Of a stretch of DNA of 64,000 nucleotides, positions 53,583 to 63,825 are shown in pieces. Under the pieces are notes generated by a model. It made no database searches. It was given only the letters and a program-made list of their open reading frames with translations, and was not told where the DNA came from. Source of the stretch: Paramoeba atlantica (Eukaryota > Protista > Discosea). Where the stretch lies: NCBI GenBank assembly GCA_977017575.1, contig CDRNVI010000019.1, positions 434,001-498,000 of the forward strand, read 5' to 3'. Numbering within the stretch: position 1 is the stretch's first letter; the number at the start of each line of letters is the position of its first letter. The translations under genes were made by a program, and so were the position numbers.

Positions 53583-53822
53583 GTAGCAAACTTGAACGCT
53601 ACTTCTCTACGTTCACGTTGGGAAACTTTTCAAAAGAATGTTCTATTTATATGCGGTAACTATTCTTTTTTTGCACGCTTGTGGTGGAAGTTTAGGTTTA
53701 AACAATATTTCGTAGTTTAGCGAAACGAAGGAGGTCGAGTTTTGAACTTATCCAAAAAAGCCTTTGGAGCTCAGTTTGAAATTTATGTGTGTTCGTTCGA
53801 ACTCGTATTCTCTTTGGTTCAA

Positions 53823-56240
53823 CTACAGCTGTAAAATGGCTTGAGAAACCTGAAAAGAAACGTCATCCTCAGCTCCGGCATCATCAGAAGATGTACCACG
53901 GTGTAGTAAATTTTCCTGTTCTAATTTTATCAATGACTCTCGAATAAGTTGATACAACTCCGTGGAATTGACGCCACCCGCGATTTCTGGCGCACTGATG
54001 GCGAGGTAGTCCGCTATATCGGAAACACGAAATCCTTCTTGAGGCAATTCTGCAATCTTACTTTTTACAAGATCGTATATCTCCGACCCACGCGAGGACG
54101 ATGATTGATTTGACGCGTTGCTTTCATCAATATTAGGAATGCCTTGGTTCTCTTGTGCAAAGTCGGAACTGATGTCTGTGTGTGTCATTGAAGCCTTCAT
54201 AAGTGTCAATGCCATTCGAACGTGATCCGTTCGGACTTCGTCGTCGAGGTGCAGTCGTGCAACGGCTTCGGATAACCGAATCATCGACTCAAGTTGCCTC
54301 GTGGTGTATCGAAACATTCGATGCGTCACCGTGCGCGTCTTCTCCATCCGAAGGTCTCGAAAAGCAATGGAGAGAAGGTCGCACGCACTCTCCGAAAGCC
54401 GAGGTTGTACACTCGTCGCATAACTCAGGTAGAGCATAAAGTCCTCATGGCTTAGTGTTTCGTTTGTGGTGTCTTCCGGTTGCTCGGAATTATGACGATG
54501 AAGGTCGGTGATTTTCTTTGCAAGCATTCTGTCCGATTTATTCGATGTATCAGCGAGAATAAATATCAAGTCAAAGCGTGAAATGATAGGTTGCGTCATG
54601 GTTACATTTTGGTGCAACGGTTTGCTGATGTTATAAATTCCACCAATAGGACTGGCAGCCGCAAGAATTGACGCTCGAGCTCTCAATGTGGCCTTAATTC
54701 CGGCCTTAGCAATAGAAATGGTTTGCTGTTCCATCGCCTCGTGAATGGCCACCATATCCGCCGGGTCCATCTTGTCGAAGTCATCAATGCAACACAACCC
54801 ATTGTCGGCTAACATCAACGCTCCTGCCTCGATCGTAAACTCCCCCGTGTCTGGGTCCTTGGCGACACTTGCCGTTAGTCCTGCGGCGGTGGAGGTCTTT
54901 CCGCTGGTGTATATCCCACGCGGGGCAATCTTGGAGGCCCATTTCAGAAAGTGGGATTTCCCGACAGCAGGGTCTCCAATTAAGCACAAGTTAATGTCCC
55001 CTCGCAAGGAAGACCCGTCCCGGGTCTTTTTGTGCACACCCCCGACCTGCTGCAGGAGTACACCCAGCTTGACCAGAGCGTACCCGAACAAATTCGGGCA
55101 CACACTATGCACCAGGGTGTTAAAAAACCCATCCCGGGAGACAACACGTGACGCGACGCTCTCCTGTTTGCTTCGAAGCTCTTTGGAAAGACTAAACGAC
55201 TTTGTTTTCTCGTCTGCAAAAGGACGGTTGGGTGCGTACCCGGCTCGATTCGTTACTGTCATTGCAATGAAACAAAGTTTATAGGCGAGTGTGCGGGCAC
55301 CAAGTTTTTTAAGCCCCTCCACACCCTCGGTTCCCATATCCGCCCTCCTTCCCTCGTTTGCATTGGGTGCCGCATCATCCACTCGGTGGGTAAGTTCCCG
55401 TCTCTCCTGCTGCGAGAACAGTTTCCCCACCTCCGGAATCATCGAAATAAACCCAATAAACCGCAACTTGTCCCCGGGAAGGGCCCGTTCCACGGACTCC
55501 CCCCTTAGAATCGCATCAATACTCCGTGGGGTGGATCCCGGAAGCAGGGCCTCGGAGTCTTCCTGTACTTTTAGCTTCTGCCAGTCATTTAAAATGGTGT
55601 TGCGGTTGTAGACGACTGCCCACTGGTCGCGGTTCCCGCACCCATCCTGTTTACACACGATCGGGGTGGTGTAGGTGTAATTCTGTAGCACCGGGTCACT
55701 CACGCAGCCACAGTTCTGACACGAGAAACAGGTCTGTAGCAACTCCGGGCGGACTTGGGTCATCCGGGTCACGGTGGCATGGAGGTTGCAGAGCAGACCG
55801 CACTGGGACGCGCGCAGCTCACGTACGGTGTATTGTGTCGGGATGTCGTGGAAGGCGACGCTGTAGCCGAGCTCATGAGACTCCGTGGCGTCGAGACCTA
55901 AATCCTCGGTGAGGACACGGTAGAGAGCGTGGATGAGGGGGAGACGGAAACGAGGGTAGTTGAGACGGACCAGTTCCGCCTCGGCGTAGAAGAATTTTTG
56001 GAAATGAAGCCAGCTGACGGAGAGGGTGTAGCGAAGTTCGTCGAGATCGCCGTTGGGGTCTTTTTCTGTGGATGTCAGACGACTCAAGGCACGGCTGCAG
56101 GCCAGGTCATCATCATCTATAGATATGGGGCTATCGTCATTTGACGCTTGGTGTTCAAGAATTTGAGCAATTCTGGAAAGAAAGCGGTAAAACCCCTCTT
56201 GTACGAAGACGGTTTCGGCTTCTTGTCCGGCGTTGTTCAT
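53823..56240 (-). CDS. MCM6: DNA replication licensing factor MCM6
   Basis: VTRMTQVRPEL, DWQKLKVQE...GSTPRSIDAILRGESVERA.PGD, EAGALMLADNG and SRFD; pyrimidine tract plus AG upstream. Confidence 0.9.
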   Translation of the reverse strand: MNNAGQEAETVFVQEGFYRFLSRIAQILEHQASNDDSPISIDDDDLACSRALSRLTSTEKDPNGDLDELRYTLSVSWLHFQKFFYAEAELVRLNYPRFRLPLIHALYRVLTEDLGLDATESHELGYSVAFHDIPTQYTVRELRASQCGLLCNLHATVTRMTQVRPELLQTCFSCQNCGCVSDPVLQNYTYTTPIVCKQDGCGNRDQWAVVYNRNTILNDWQKLKVQEDSEALLPGSTPRSIDAILRGESVERALPGDKLRFIGFISMIPEVGKLFSQQERRELTHRVDDAAPNANEGRRADMGTEGVEGLKKLGARTLAYKLCFIAMTVTNRAGYAPNRPFADEKTKSFSLSKELRSKQESVASRVVSRDGFFNTLVHSVCPNLFGYALVKLGVLLQQVGGVHKKTRDGSSLRGDINLCLIGDPAVGKSHFLKWASKIAPRGIYTSGKTSTAAGLTASVAKDPDTGEFTIEAGALMLADNGLCCIDDFDKMDPADMVAIHEAMEQQTISIAKAGIKATLRARASILAAASPIGGIYNISKPLHQNVTMTQPIISRFDLIFILADTSNKSDRMLAKKITDLHRHNSEQPEDTTNETLSHEDFMLYLSYATSVQPRLSESACDLLSIAFRDLRMEKTRTVTHRMFRYTTRQLESMIRLSEAVARLHLDDEVRTDHVRMALTLMKASMTHTDISSDFAQENQGIPNIDESNASNQSSSSRGSEIYDLVKSKIAELPQEGFRVSDIADYLAISAPEIAGGVNSTELYQLIRESLIKLEQENLLHRGTSSDDAGAEDDVSFQVSQAILQL

Positions 56241-56495
56241 AGTGTAGAGTACATTTTCCTAAATAGAGTGATGAAAGAAAATGGAAAGAATTCGAAAGAT
56301 TTCGTCTGACAAATATTTTTGTTATGCGGGATCAGTGCTCGAAGTTTCCCACAGTTAAGGGACAAGCAAAATTGCGTACTCTTTCTTATGAGAACTTGCG
56401 CTCAAGGTTTCATCAACTTTTTTCTTCAATGGCCTATCTTTCACCATACATTTTATGTGGTACGTCAATATCTTCTGTGGTAAAGAAATATTTTT

Positions 56496-57689
56496 TCACC
56501 TATTTATATCGTACGTGTACAGCATTCCATTCGATGACCCTAAAGTTAATTCTTTCGACAAAGGCGAAAATGCGACACTATGGATACGCCCCACACTTTC
56601 CGCTCCGCGTGAGGGGAAGTTTGAAATTGTGCATTTACTATTCATCGAATACAATCGAACCGCATTCTTCTGGGTGTTTGACGCGTACAGTAAGTATTCT
56701 GAATGGGGATCGAAGCACAGAACATTTACGGGAGAGCGCAGATTCAAAATCTCACCAAAGGGAATAGTCGCAGAACTGTTTGCATGAGTCGCCGACTGAT
56801 TACCGACGAGTACAGCGGTTGTACGGCTTCCTTCACGATCATACAGTGAAACGGCTCCAGAATCCGAGCCCACGGCGTAGTATTTCGCACATAACGCAAA
56901 GCTTTCAATCCTCACTCCTCCAGTGTCGGTGTGTCGCAGTAGACATGACCCACCTGCCTGTCCATCTACCCCCATTCGACGCATATCCCAGAGAAATACT
57001 TCTGCGTCGCTGCACGACCATAACATTTTGTCGGTTGCGTCAAAATCAACTGTTCGAGACATCCCCGCATTAAAAATCCGTCCCACGGACTGGTTACTTC
57101 TCAAATCCACCAGCGTTATGATTCCGGAGGCTTCGCCAGAAAATGCTGCTAAACTCGAGGAGCTGTGAATATCAAACGACCGCACTTTAGGATCATCCAA
57201 CCTTTTCCATTCAGTCACCATACTTGAGGTTTCCATATCAATCTGGCAGAAACGACCATTTCTTGTATTCAAGCATGCAAGTTTTAACGCGTCTTGTGGT
57301 ACAAATTTGACTCTATCCGCGGCTACTCTCACACTCGAATCCAATGTATATTTCCCCAGGTTCTCTACGGCGTAGAGCTGGACCAGTGGATTAGCACTGC
57401 CACAGCAAACCACAACGTAGCGACTACTGGGGTGAAAAGTATGAAAACTGACACTGTTGTTATCTGGAGCTTCTACTCGTAGGGATCCAATTCGTTTGTA
57501 TCTAAGCACACCTTTGCGTAGCCCCGAACGTAGGGGAATGTCGTCGTGACAGGATGGAAATGTCGGGTGCGGAGATTTGGAGGATTCGTGGGCTTCAATG
57601 GATGATTTTGCCCAGGATGGGAGGGTGTGGGGTGTGTGTGGTTTAATTACCTCGGACATGGGAGTAAGGAGGGAAAGTGTAATGTGCAA
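56496..57689 (-). CDS. UTP18: UTP18-like WD40 SSU processome protein; likely start 57659
   Basis: WD40 repeats ending NLRSPV..LCFDP.SEYL.YAS..KNAVRL...TISNFP. Confidence 0.7.
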   Translation of the reverse strand: MHITLSLLTPMSEVIKPHTPHTLPSWAKSSIEAHESSKSPHPTFPSCHDDIPLRSGLRKGVLRYKRIGSLRVEAPDNNSVSFHTFHPSSRYVVVCCGSANPLVQLYAVENLGKYTLDSSVRVAADRVKFVPQDALKLACLNTRNGRFCQIDMETSSMVTEWKRLDDPKVRSFDIHSSSSLAAFSGEASGIITLVDLRSNQSVGRIFNAGMSRTVDFDATDKMLWSCSDAEVFLWDMRRMGVDGQAGGSCLLRHTDTGGVRIESFALCAKYYAVGSDSGAVSLYDREGSRTTAVLVGNQSATHANSSATIPFGEILNLRSPVNVLCFDPHSEYLLYASNTQKNAVRLYSMNSKCTISNFPSRGAESVGRIHSVAFSPLSKELTLGSSNGMLYTYDINR

Positions 57690-57984
57690 GGATTTATAAT
57701 GTGATCTTTTTTGTAATACAGGGTTGTAAATTTGGATGTTGAGGGGTATCTAAAATTCGTAAAGCTTGACCAATTTTGCAAAATAATAGCGCATTCGAGA
57801 GCTCCCGGCCAGGACGCAGCAACGTGAATATACGGAGTCTGCGTCAATGGCTTTTCGGATGCACATAAAATAATTAGTTTTTTGGAGGGCGAACTCTTAC
57901 ATTTTTCATAGTTCTTCTGTATTACCTCTGATTCGTACCACAAAAGCAAGCTGGTACACGGTTCTTGTTGCCATTACGAAGCAA

Positions 57985-58250
57985 CATAATCATTTTCCCT
58001 TACTGCGCGCAATTTTCAGGTTCACGAAGGTACTGTGAAGCGCTGAGTGGAGCTATATCGTGATACTGGGGAAGTACACTCCAAGAACAAGAACCACGCC
58101 CCAACGAACATTACTGTGACACCTGAGTTGCGGGAGGCTGTTTTGAAGGCAATAGAAGAGAGGGTGCGAGATCAGCCCTATGGCATCAGGAGCTGGAGTG
58201 AGTTCCATCCGCTAATGGAAAATCTTGGGCTTTCTTGCTCTCGTCTTTGA
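57985..58250 (+). pseudogene. Tc1/IS630-type N-terminal HTH remnant
   Basis: ARNFQVHEGTVKR*VELYRDTGEV...PT.ITVT with an in-frame stop. Confidence 0.5.
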
Positions 58251-58823
58251 CGACCCAAATCATATGACAATGTTTTAGGCACAGTTCGCAAATCCCCTGC
58301 ACTCATAGCTGCAATAATAATTTTTGTAATAATCATTATTAATAATTATTATTATTCAAAAAATCAAATTATTAATATTATTAATAATTCAATATGCATT
58401 TACACGAGGGGCTGCGAGTGACACATGAGGATCCCCTCGCATGTAGACATGTGGTCGGCATTTGCAGCAGTATGATGGCAGCACCAGGGAATACCGCGAG
58501 GAGATCCAGAAAGCTCATTTTCGTTGCGACACATCATACAAAAATACGGAGTTTGACATTTCCCGGCCCTCGATATCAGCACTCCACAAGGAGTTGTTTT
58601 TGGTACAGCACATTTACCTGCGTCAGGCGTAGGCTCCTACTTCCCGCGTAGGTTGAGGTGCACATAATGATGCTCGAAGCATTAGCATCGACTTCATAAG
58701 GAGATCCCTATCAATGCTCCTTTTCGGCATGAAAATATTGTTTGATACAAAATTAAGGGCGAGAAATCTGAGTGTAAAAAGCCCAATAATAATTTATTAA
58801 TAATTTATTAATTTTCTGTTTTA

Positions 58824-58918
58824 GGCTCTTCGTTAAACGGGGTGGTTGTTTTCAACTTAGAAGTCACTCATGCTGCGCACTTCGCGGTGAAAACTACCGC
58901 CGCGTTTAACGAAGAGCC
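58824..58918. repeat. 95-bp hairpin repeat, copy 2 (inverted arms extend to about 58811-58931)
   Basis: Reverse-orientation homologue of 29961-30055; TA on both flanks. Confidence 0.85.
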
Positions 58919-59333
58919 TAAAACAGAAAATTTAGCCTGGAAAACGGAAAGATTATAGCCAAAAATAGCCGAATTTCGGGTAAAAATGGGGTGATTTTCG
59001 CGTATTTTTGCTCTCAGAGCACTAAATCCGACATTTGCGCGTGGGAAATCACTCGTAGGCATGAATGGAAGCCTACCGAACGTATTGGGTAGAGAATGCG
59101 ACTCCAACCATACCATTCTTTCGACACAAAAATGCCCCTTTAGGTCCGAAAAATACTTTTTCTCCTTTTTTAGTCAAAAATGGGTCATATTGAGGGGCGC
59201 ACCACGGTTCGAAGAAGTGATACCTTGCGAGTGTTTTATCATGCACTTATAGTGCAGAGATTTGCTCACCATGTCCTTATCCCGCATACGACGGGTGGAT
59301 CATGTGAGGTTTCGTCCTCGCCGGAGGTGTGCG

Positions 59334-59499
59334 GGTGCGGAGAGCTGGCGTCCCAGGTGCAGAGAGCTCGGTTGTCATGTGCAGGTGCAGAGAGCCGGAT
59401 GCGTAATCCCCATATTACAGTTTCGGGGGCAATCCGGGTGCAGAGAGCTGCGACAGAGCCGAGGTGCGGAGAGCTGGGCGACCGCCAGGTGCAGAGAGC
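59334..59499. repeat. Six GGTGC(A/G)GAGAGC 12-mers with 10-41 bp spacers
   Basis: Copies at 59334, 59356, 59384, 59437, 59463 and 59488. Confidence 0.9.
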
Positions 59500-59780
59500 C
59501 GAGTCTCGTCGGCGGAGGACACGTCTAGTGGTCCTCAAGGGAGGCCACCGTGACGCATGGCCCTCTCGGAGAGGAAAAAGACAAGTCGAAAAAAAGCCGA
59601 GAGGGGGAAGCACACTCACTCCAGGGGAGTGAGTCGGGGAGGGGTGAAGTGGTGAAAGCGCGTCCCCTGCTTCAGCGACAAGAGGGACAGTTCCGACCTT
59701 AGTGCCGGCCGGCAACGGGCATGAAAATACAGTAAGAGTATGCCCGTTGCCGGGGAAAGAAAGGATGAACTAAGGAAAAA

Positions 59781-59810
59781 GTACCAACAAGGTACAGAAA
59801 CTGTATCTTT
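59781..59810 (-). ncRNA. Spliced-leader exon-like sequence (5'-truncated) plus GT donor, copy 2
   Basis: Minus strand AAAGATACAGTTTCTGTACCTTGTTG|GTAC contains the exact 16-mer GATACAGTTTCTGTAC; 14-bp perfect stem at 59709-59722 / 59740-59753. Confidence 0.7.
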
Positions 59811-60299
59811 GGGACAACTGCGGAGAAAGCTAGTGTAGGTCCCAATCTATCAAAATACAATAGGGGAAAAGATTTTGGAAAAATATTTTTTTTGTCATTT
59901 TTTTCGCCAAGTTAAAAATTTTTTCAATTTTTTTTTTCCGAAAACATCCGAACTTGGCGGACCCGTCCTGCGGATACGCGGGGGGGTCACCCCCGGGTAG
60001 GGGGGTGGAAAATGCGCGCCATGACCCCGGCTACCCTTTCTGCGTCTTTTTTCGAAAACTAATTTTTTCGAAAAAATTTGCTCGACCAGGAAGGTTATTT
60101 TTTTAACATTTTTTTACATGTTTTCGTAAAACAAATTGGAGATGCATAGAGATATTGCTAGATAGAAAATTATTTGCGATATTTTTTAACATGTCATTAC
60201 TCAATCATCTTTAATTAACAGTGGGTTAAGCTTCGTCCCCCTCTTCCTCGCGTTGGACTCCCCAACGAACTAACAGTTTCGACCCCCGAGCCGGCGACT

Positions 60300-62146
60300 T
60301 TGTCAGTGTCTGTAGGTTCACCTCAGGGAAGAAAGAACCTCACGATGCAGGAGAAGTTGAATGTGTGTCACTCCAGTAATAGTGCACAACAACTTAGTGA
60401 CAAATACGGCATTTCGTCGCGAAGCATCCGATCCATCCGAAAAAATGGTGCCGGATTTTACCAGAAAAAGGTAAATCTAGTAAAATCTAGTAAAAGCTCA
60501 ATGTATTTCCCCCAAAGACATCGATAATCGAATCAAGGAGTGGGCACAAAATTTTTACGTGCAGTACACGGTTCGAAAATATAATTATGTGTTGTTCGGG
60601 GACGAAACTTCGCTCTCTATTGACGGACCAACCACAGGTATGAGCCTTGCTTCCATTGGTGCTCTGAACGTGCGAGTGAAGAGCACCAATGAGAAAGAGA
60701 ATGTAAATGTTTTTCTGGCTGGGATATATGATGTGTCTGCGAAAAAGGCGCTCCCGTTACCTCCAACAGTCATTTTTCAATCTTCGACGAAGGAAGAAAA
60801 TTCCCGCATATTAAAGGACCTCAAGAGCGTTGAAAATAAATTTGGGAAAATTTACTTTCGCGTAACCGAGTCCGGTTGGACGCAAGAGGAAATATATCCA
60901 CCTACATATCGCTCACCGGAGATTCAAAACTTCCATCTGCAATTGTAGTTGATGATTTCACGGCGCATCGCACCAATAAATTGCCCGCGAACTGCGACGC
61001 ACACAGGATTCCTGGTGGATGTACTCCTTTCTTGCAGGTACATGATTTGATTATTATCAATTTATTCAAACGTATCTCTGAAACAGGCCTACGGGAGTGG
61101 AAAGTAAAGTTTCCTACTCAGAAAATAAAGCGAAAAGAAGTTTTGGAGCTAGTCAAAGATGCGCACGAAAAAACATGGTCCGTTCACTTCGAACAAATTA
61201 ACCGTAAATGTCAACGGTACATTTTGGAACCGATGACCAACTGCCCTTGGGAATGGAAGGATCCAGGAAAAAGCTCGACTACAACCAAGCGAGAGTCGAA
61301 AAAAAGAAAAAAAGAGTCTAAGCGGAAAAACTTGCTTGGTACCCCAAATGTGACCACTCCACTTTCTTCCACACCAGTTCTCTCTTTCCCCATCAATGAA
61401 TCTCCTACCCCAGCTCCAGAGCATGATTCTACTTCGACCGCAAGTGATGTAATCCCTGCTGATTCACTTCCTCCTGCATCCACTCCTCACCCTCACAGAC
61501 GCCTCCCAATTAAAATCCCATTGAGCCCCAGTAAAGCGCGTGTAATGATGCAAGCAGCTCTCCCGACACCTTTACCCCTACTTCTTGATGAAGATTCTGA
61601 AGAAGACAGTACACCAGACGATTGGAAGCGCTTTCGCCGTGGTAACGTAATGATTTCTTCTCTCGTTTTGGACACCTTCTGCACAAGGGTTTTGGAATTG
61701 TATTTGTCCGAAACCAAAGAGTCTAACATTGTCTACTGGAACATCTGGGTGACACAGAATATGTTAGCTAGAGGGATACTTCCGAAAAATGTAAATCATG
61801 CTACTCGCATTTATGCTTTCTCCACTATGAGTATCACTATGTACTCATAGAAGTCCGGGGCCACATTATCGCCGTACATGGCAGTCAGCGCTTACACTTC
61901 TACAAAGGCGAATCTAGATCGTTTCAAAAACTGTCTCATGAAGGTTCTGCTGGTAGATCGTCCCAATACGTACTCACTAGTATACACTAGTATGTTGATT
62001 GTCTACAACAGGAACCCGGCAACAAAGATTGTGCCCTGCATGTCATCAACAATCTAAATAATGCGTTGCGTGAGACGAAAAGCATTGTGATCACTCGCAA
62101 GCAAATTTCTAAAGAATGGTTTCCTCGAAAACAATACTTTTGTTAA
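60300..62146 (+). pseudogene. pogo-type DD30D transposase fused to a Ulp1-like (C48) protease domain, multiply frameshifted
   Basis: HTH (LTMQEKLNVC), VLFGDETSL, VVDDFTAH and QVHD; P/S-rich linker; then LHYEYHYVLIEV (from 61823) and VDCLQQEPGNKDCALHV (from 61994). Confidence 0.7.
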
Positions 62147-62619
62147 AAACTTTAACAAAATATTTTAAAAGGATATTGCTCATGCAGTATGGTTTTATGC
62201 TTACCGCCCACGTGTTTTTCTTGATTGTGCTAACATCTTTTTAATTCTCGAATATTCAGTTTATATTCTATACTCGTTGCTCTTCAACAAAAAATTTGTG
62301 CTCTCATAACTTCTCTACCATCTTATTTCTGCAATTAAGCTGTGCTCTTTATGTAGTGAACAAAATGCATTGTGCTGTTTTTGAAGTACGTTGCGCGACA
62401 CTTAGTTCCCGCGCATCATGTGAGGATTGGATATATTAAAGCGAAAAGATCCAAGGTACTTTGTGCAAGTAAATAAAGATACCGTTTCTGTAAATGCGAG
62501 AGTCCTTCCACTGCGAACATCTCAGCCCTCCAACTTTTTTGAGATTAGAAGATTGGGTTTGCGAGCGCCGCGAAGCGGCGAAATTTTTTTTTTCGTCCAT
62601 TTTTCAAAAAACAAAAATT

Positions 62620-62712
62620 CAGCCCCCCCCTTTATACTTCCGAAAGTCAGGTTCCCCCCTTTATACTTCCAAAAGTACTGAAACCGGCGGAAGTATAAAG
62701 GGGGGGGGGGTG
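62620..62712. repeat. Mini inverted repeat resembling pogo-family termini
   Basis: TCAGCCCCCCCCTTTATACTTCCG at the left and CGGAAGTATAAAG(G-run)TGA at the right, with an internal direct copy. Confidence 0.65.
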
Positions 62713-62921
62713 AGAGCAATAACAATTATTACTACCGAACTGAATTATTAATAATCCTGCAGCTACCGTCACCCCCCCCTCACTTGTCCGGGCGAAAAGG
62801 CCAAAAAAGCGGAAAAGGCGGATAATTCGCGTGGTAGGACAAGTCACGTAGCATCAAGAGGAACTGTATGACACATTTTTGTATACATCCGTATACATGA
62901 AAAAAATCTTTTTCGAACTTA

Positions 62922-63370
62922 AAGGGGGGGATCGTTTATTGTTAACATTCGACTATTTTTAACAATGAATTAATTTCGGTTTTTTCGTGTGACTTTTGAT
63001 TTTTTTTGTTACCTATGGTCATGTTGTATAGCGTCCATGATAAGGAAAATGGTGCGCTTAACGATATGCGAAACAATGTTATTGAAACAACCTCCAGAGA
63101 CACAGTTTTGGGTGAAACTGGATGGCAATTGAAAACTACATAGTTCCCTAAAGAGGTGTCATTGGAGAGTCGTTAGTAGCTCCGGCGATTGCAGTGATCT
63201 TCAGTGACCTCCAGAGAGTGCCCAAATACCCCCCATTGTTAACAATATTCGAACTTTCATTGCAACTCGTATAATGTTAACATTGGGGGGTAAATGTTCG
63301 ATTATTGTTAATATTCGATTTTTTTTGGCAAAAAATGCTCGAAATGTTAACAATAAACGAGCTCCCCCTT
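62922..63370. mobile_element. TA-flanked MITE
   Basis: TA|AAGGGGGGGATCGTTTATTGTTAACATT...AATGTTAACAATAAACGAGCTCCCCCTT|TA. Confidence 0.78.
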
Positions 63371-63486
63371 TATTAGGTCGGCGTCAGCACCATCATCGAG
63401 TTCAGCTGGTTTAGCGAGTTCAGCGAGAGCAGCTGGTTCATAAAAGTGTTCATTGAACCATAGAACCACTGAACACACACAAGTGT

Positions 63487-63825
63487 TCATAGAACACATA
63501 GGTATGCTTTGTATAACCCTACGCACGATATAGAAATGACGTGGCCAAAACGTTCTAAAAATCGCTCATGTACGAGAGCGTTTTTGCACTCGCCTCGCGT
63601 ATTCTCGAAAAGCCACTCGCGCTCTTCACGATTTAAGTTTTTCGCAGTCGACTGCATGTTTCTACCAAGTTCGATGTCGTTGGCAGTGATGAAGTGATTT
63701 TGGATATCCATAACAGAGGGTTCAAATAATGACAAAAAAAAAAAGATTTTACTCCGGAAAACCGAAATAACGACCATTTTTAATAAAAAAAACATTAATT
63801 TTTGTCCCACGAATATTAGCGACAT
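63487..63825 (-). pseudogene. Possible transposase HTH remnant
   Basis: LNREEREWL...HERFLERFGHVISIS in a transposon nest; weak similarity only. Confidence 0.3.

Noticed and set aside
59334-59499. CRISPR array
   Set aside because: Repeats are only 12 bp, spacers are irregular (10-41 bp) and partly homologous, there are no cas genes, and the context is eukaryotic.
60300-62146. Fanzor/TnpB cargo in the transposon nests
   Set aside because: No RuvC or zinc-ribbon motif set seen in any frame examined; the C-terminal cargo fits a C48 protease better.
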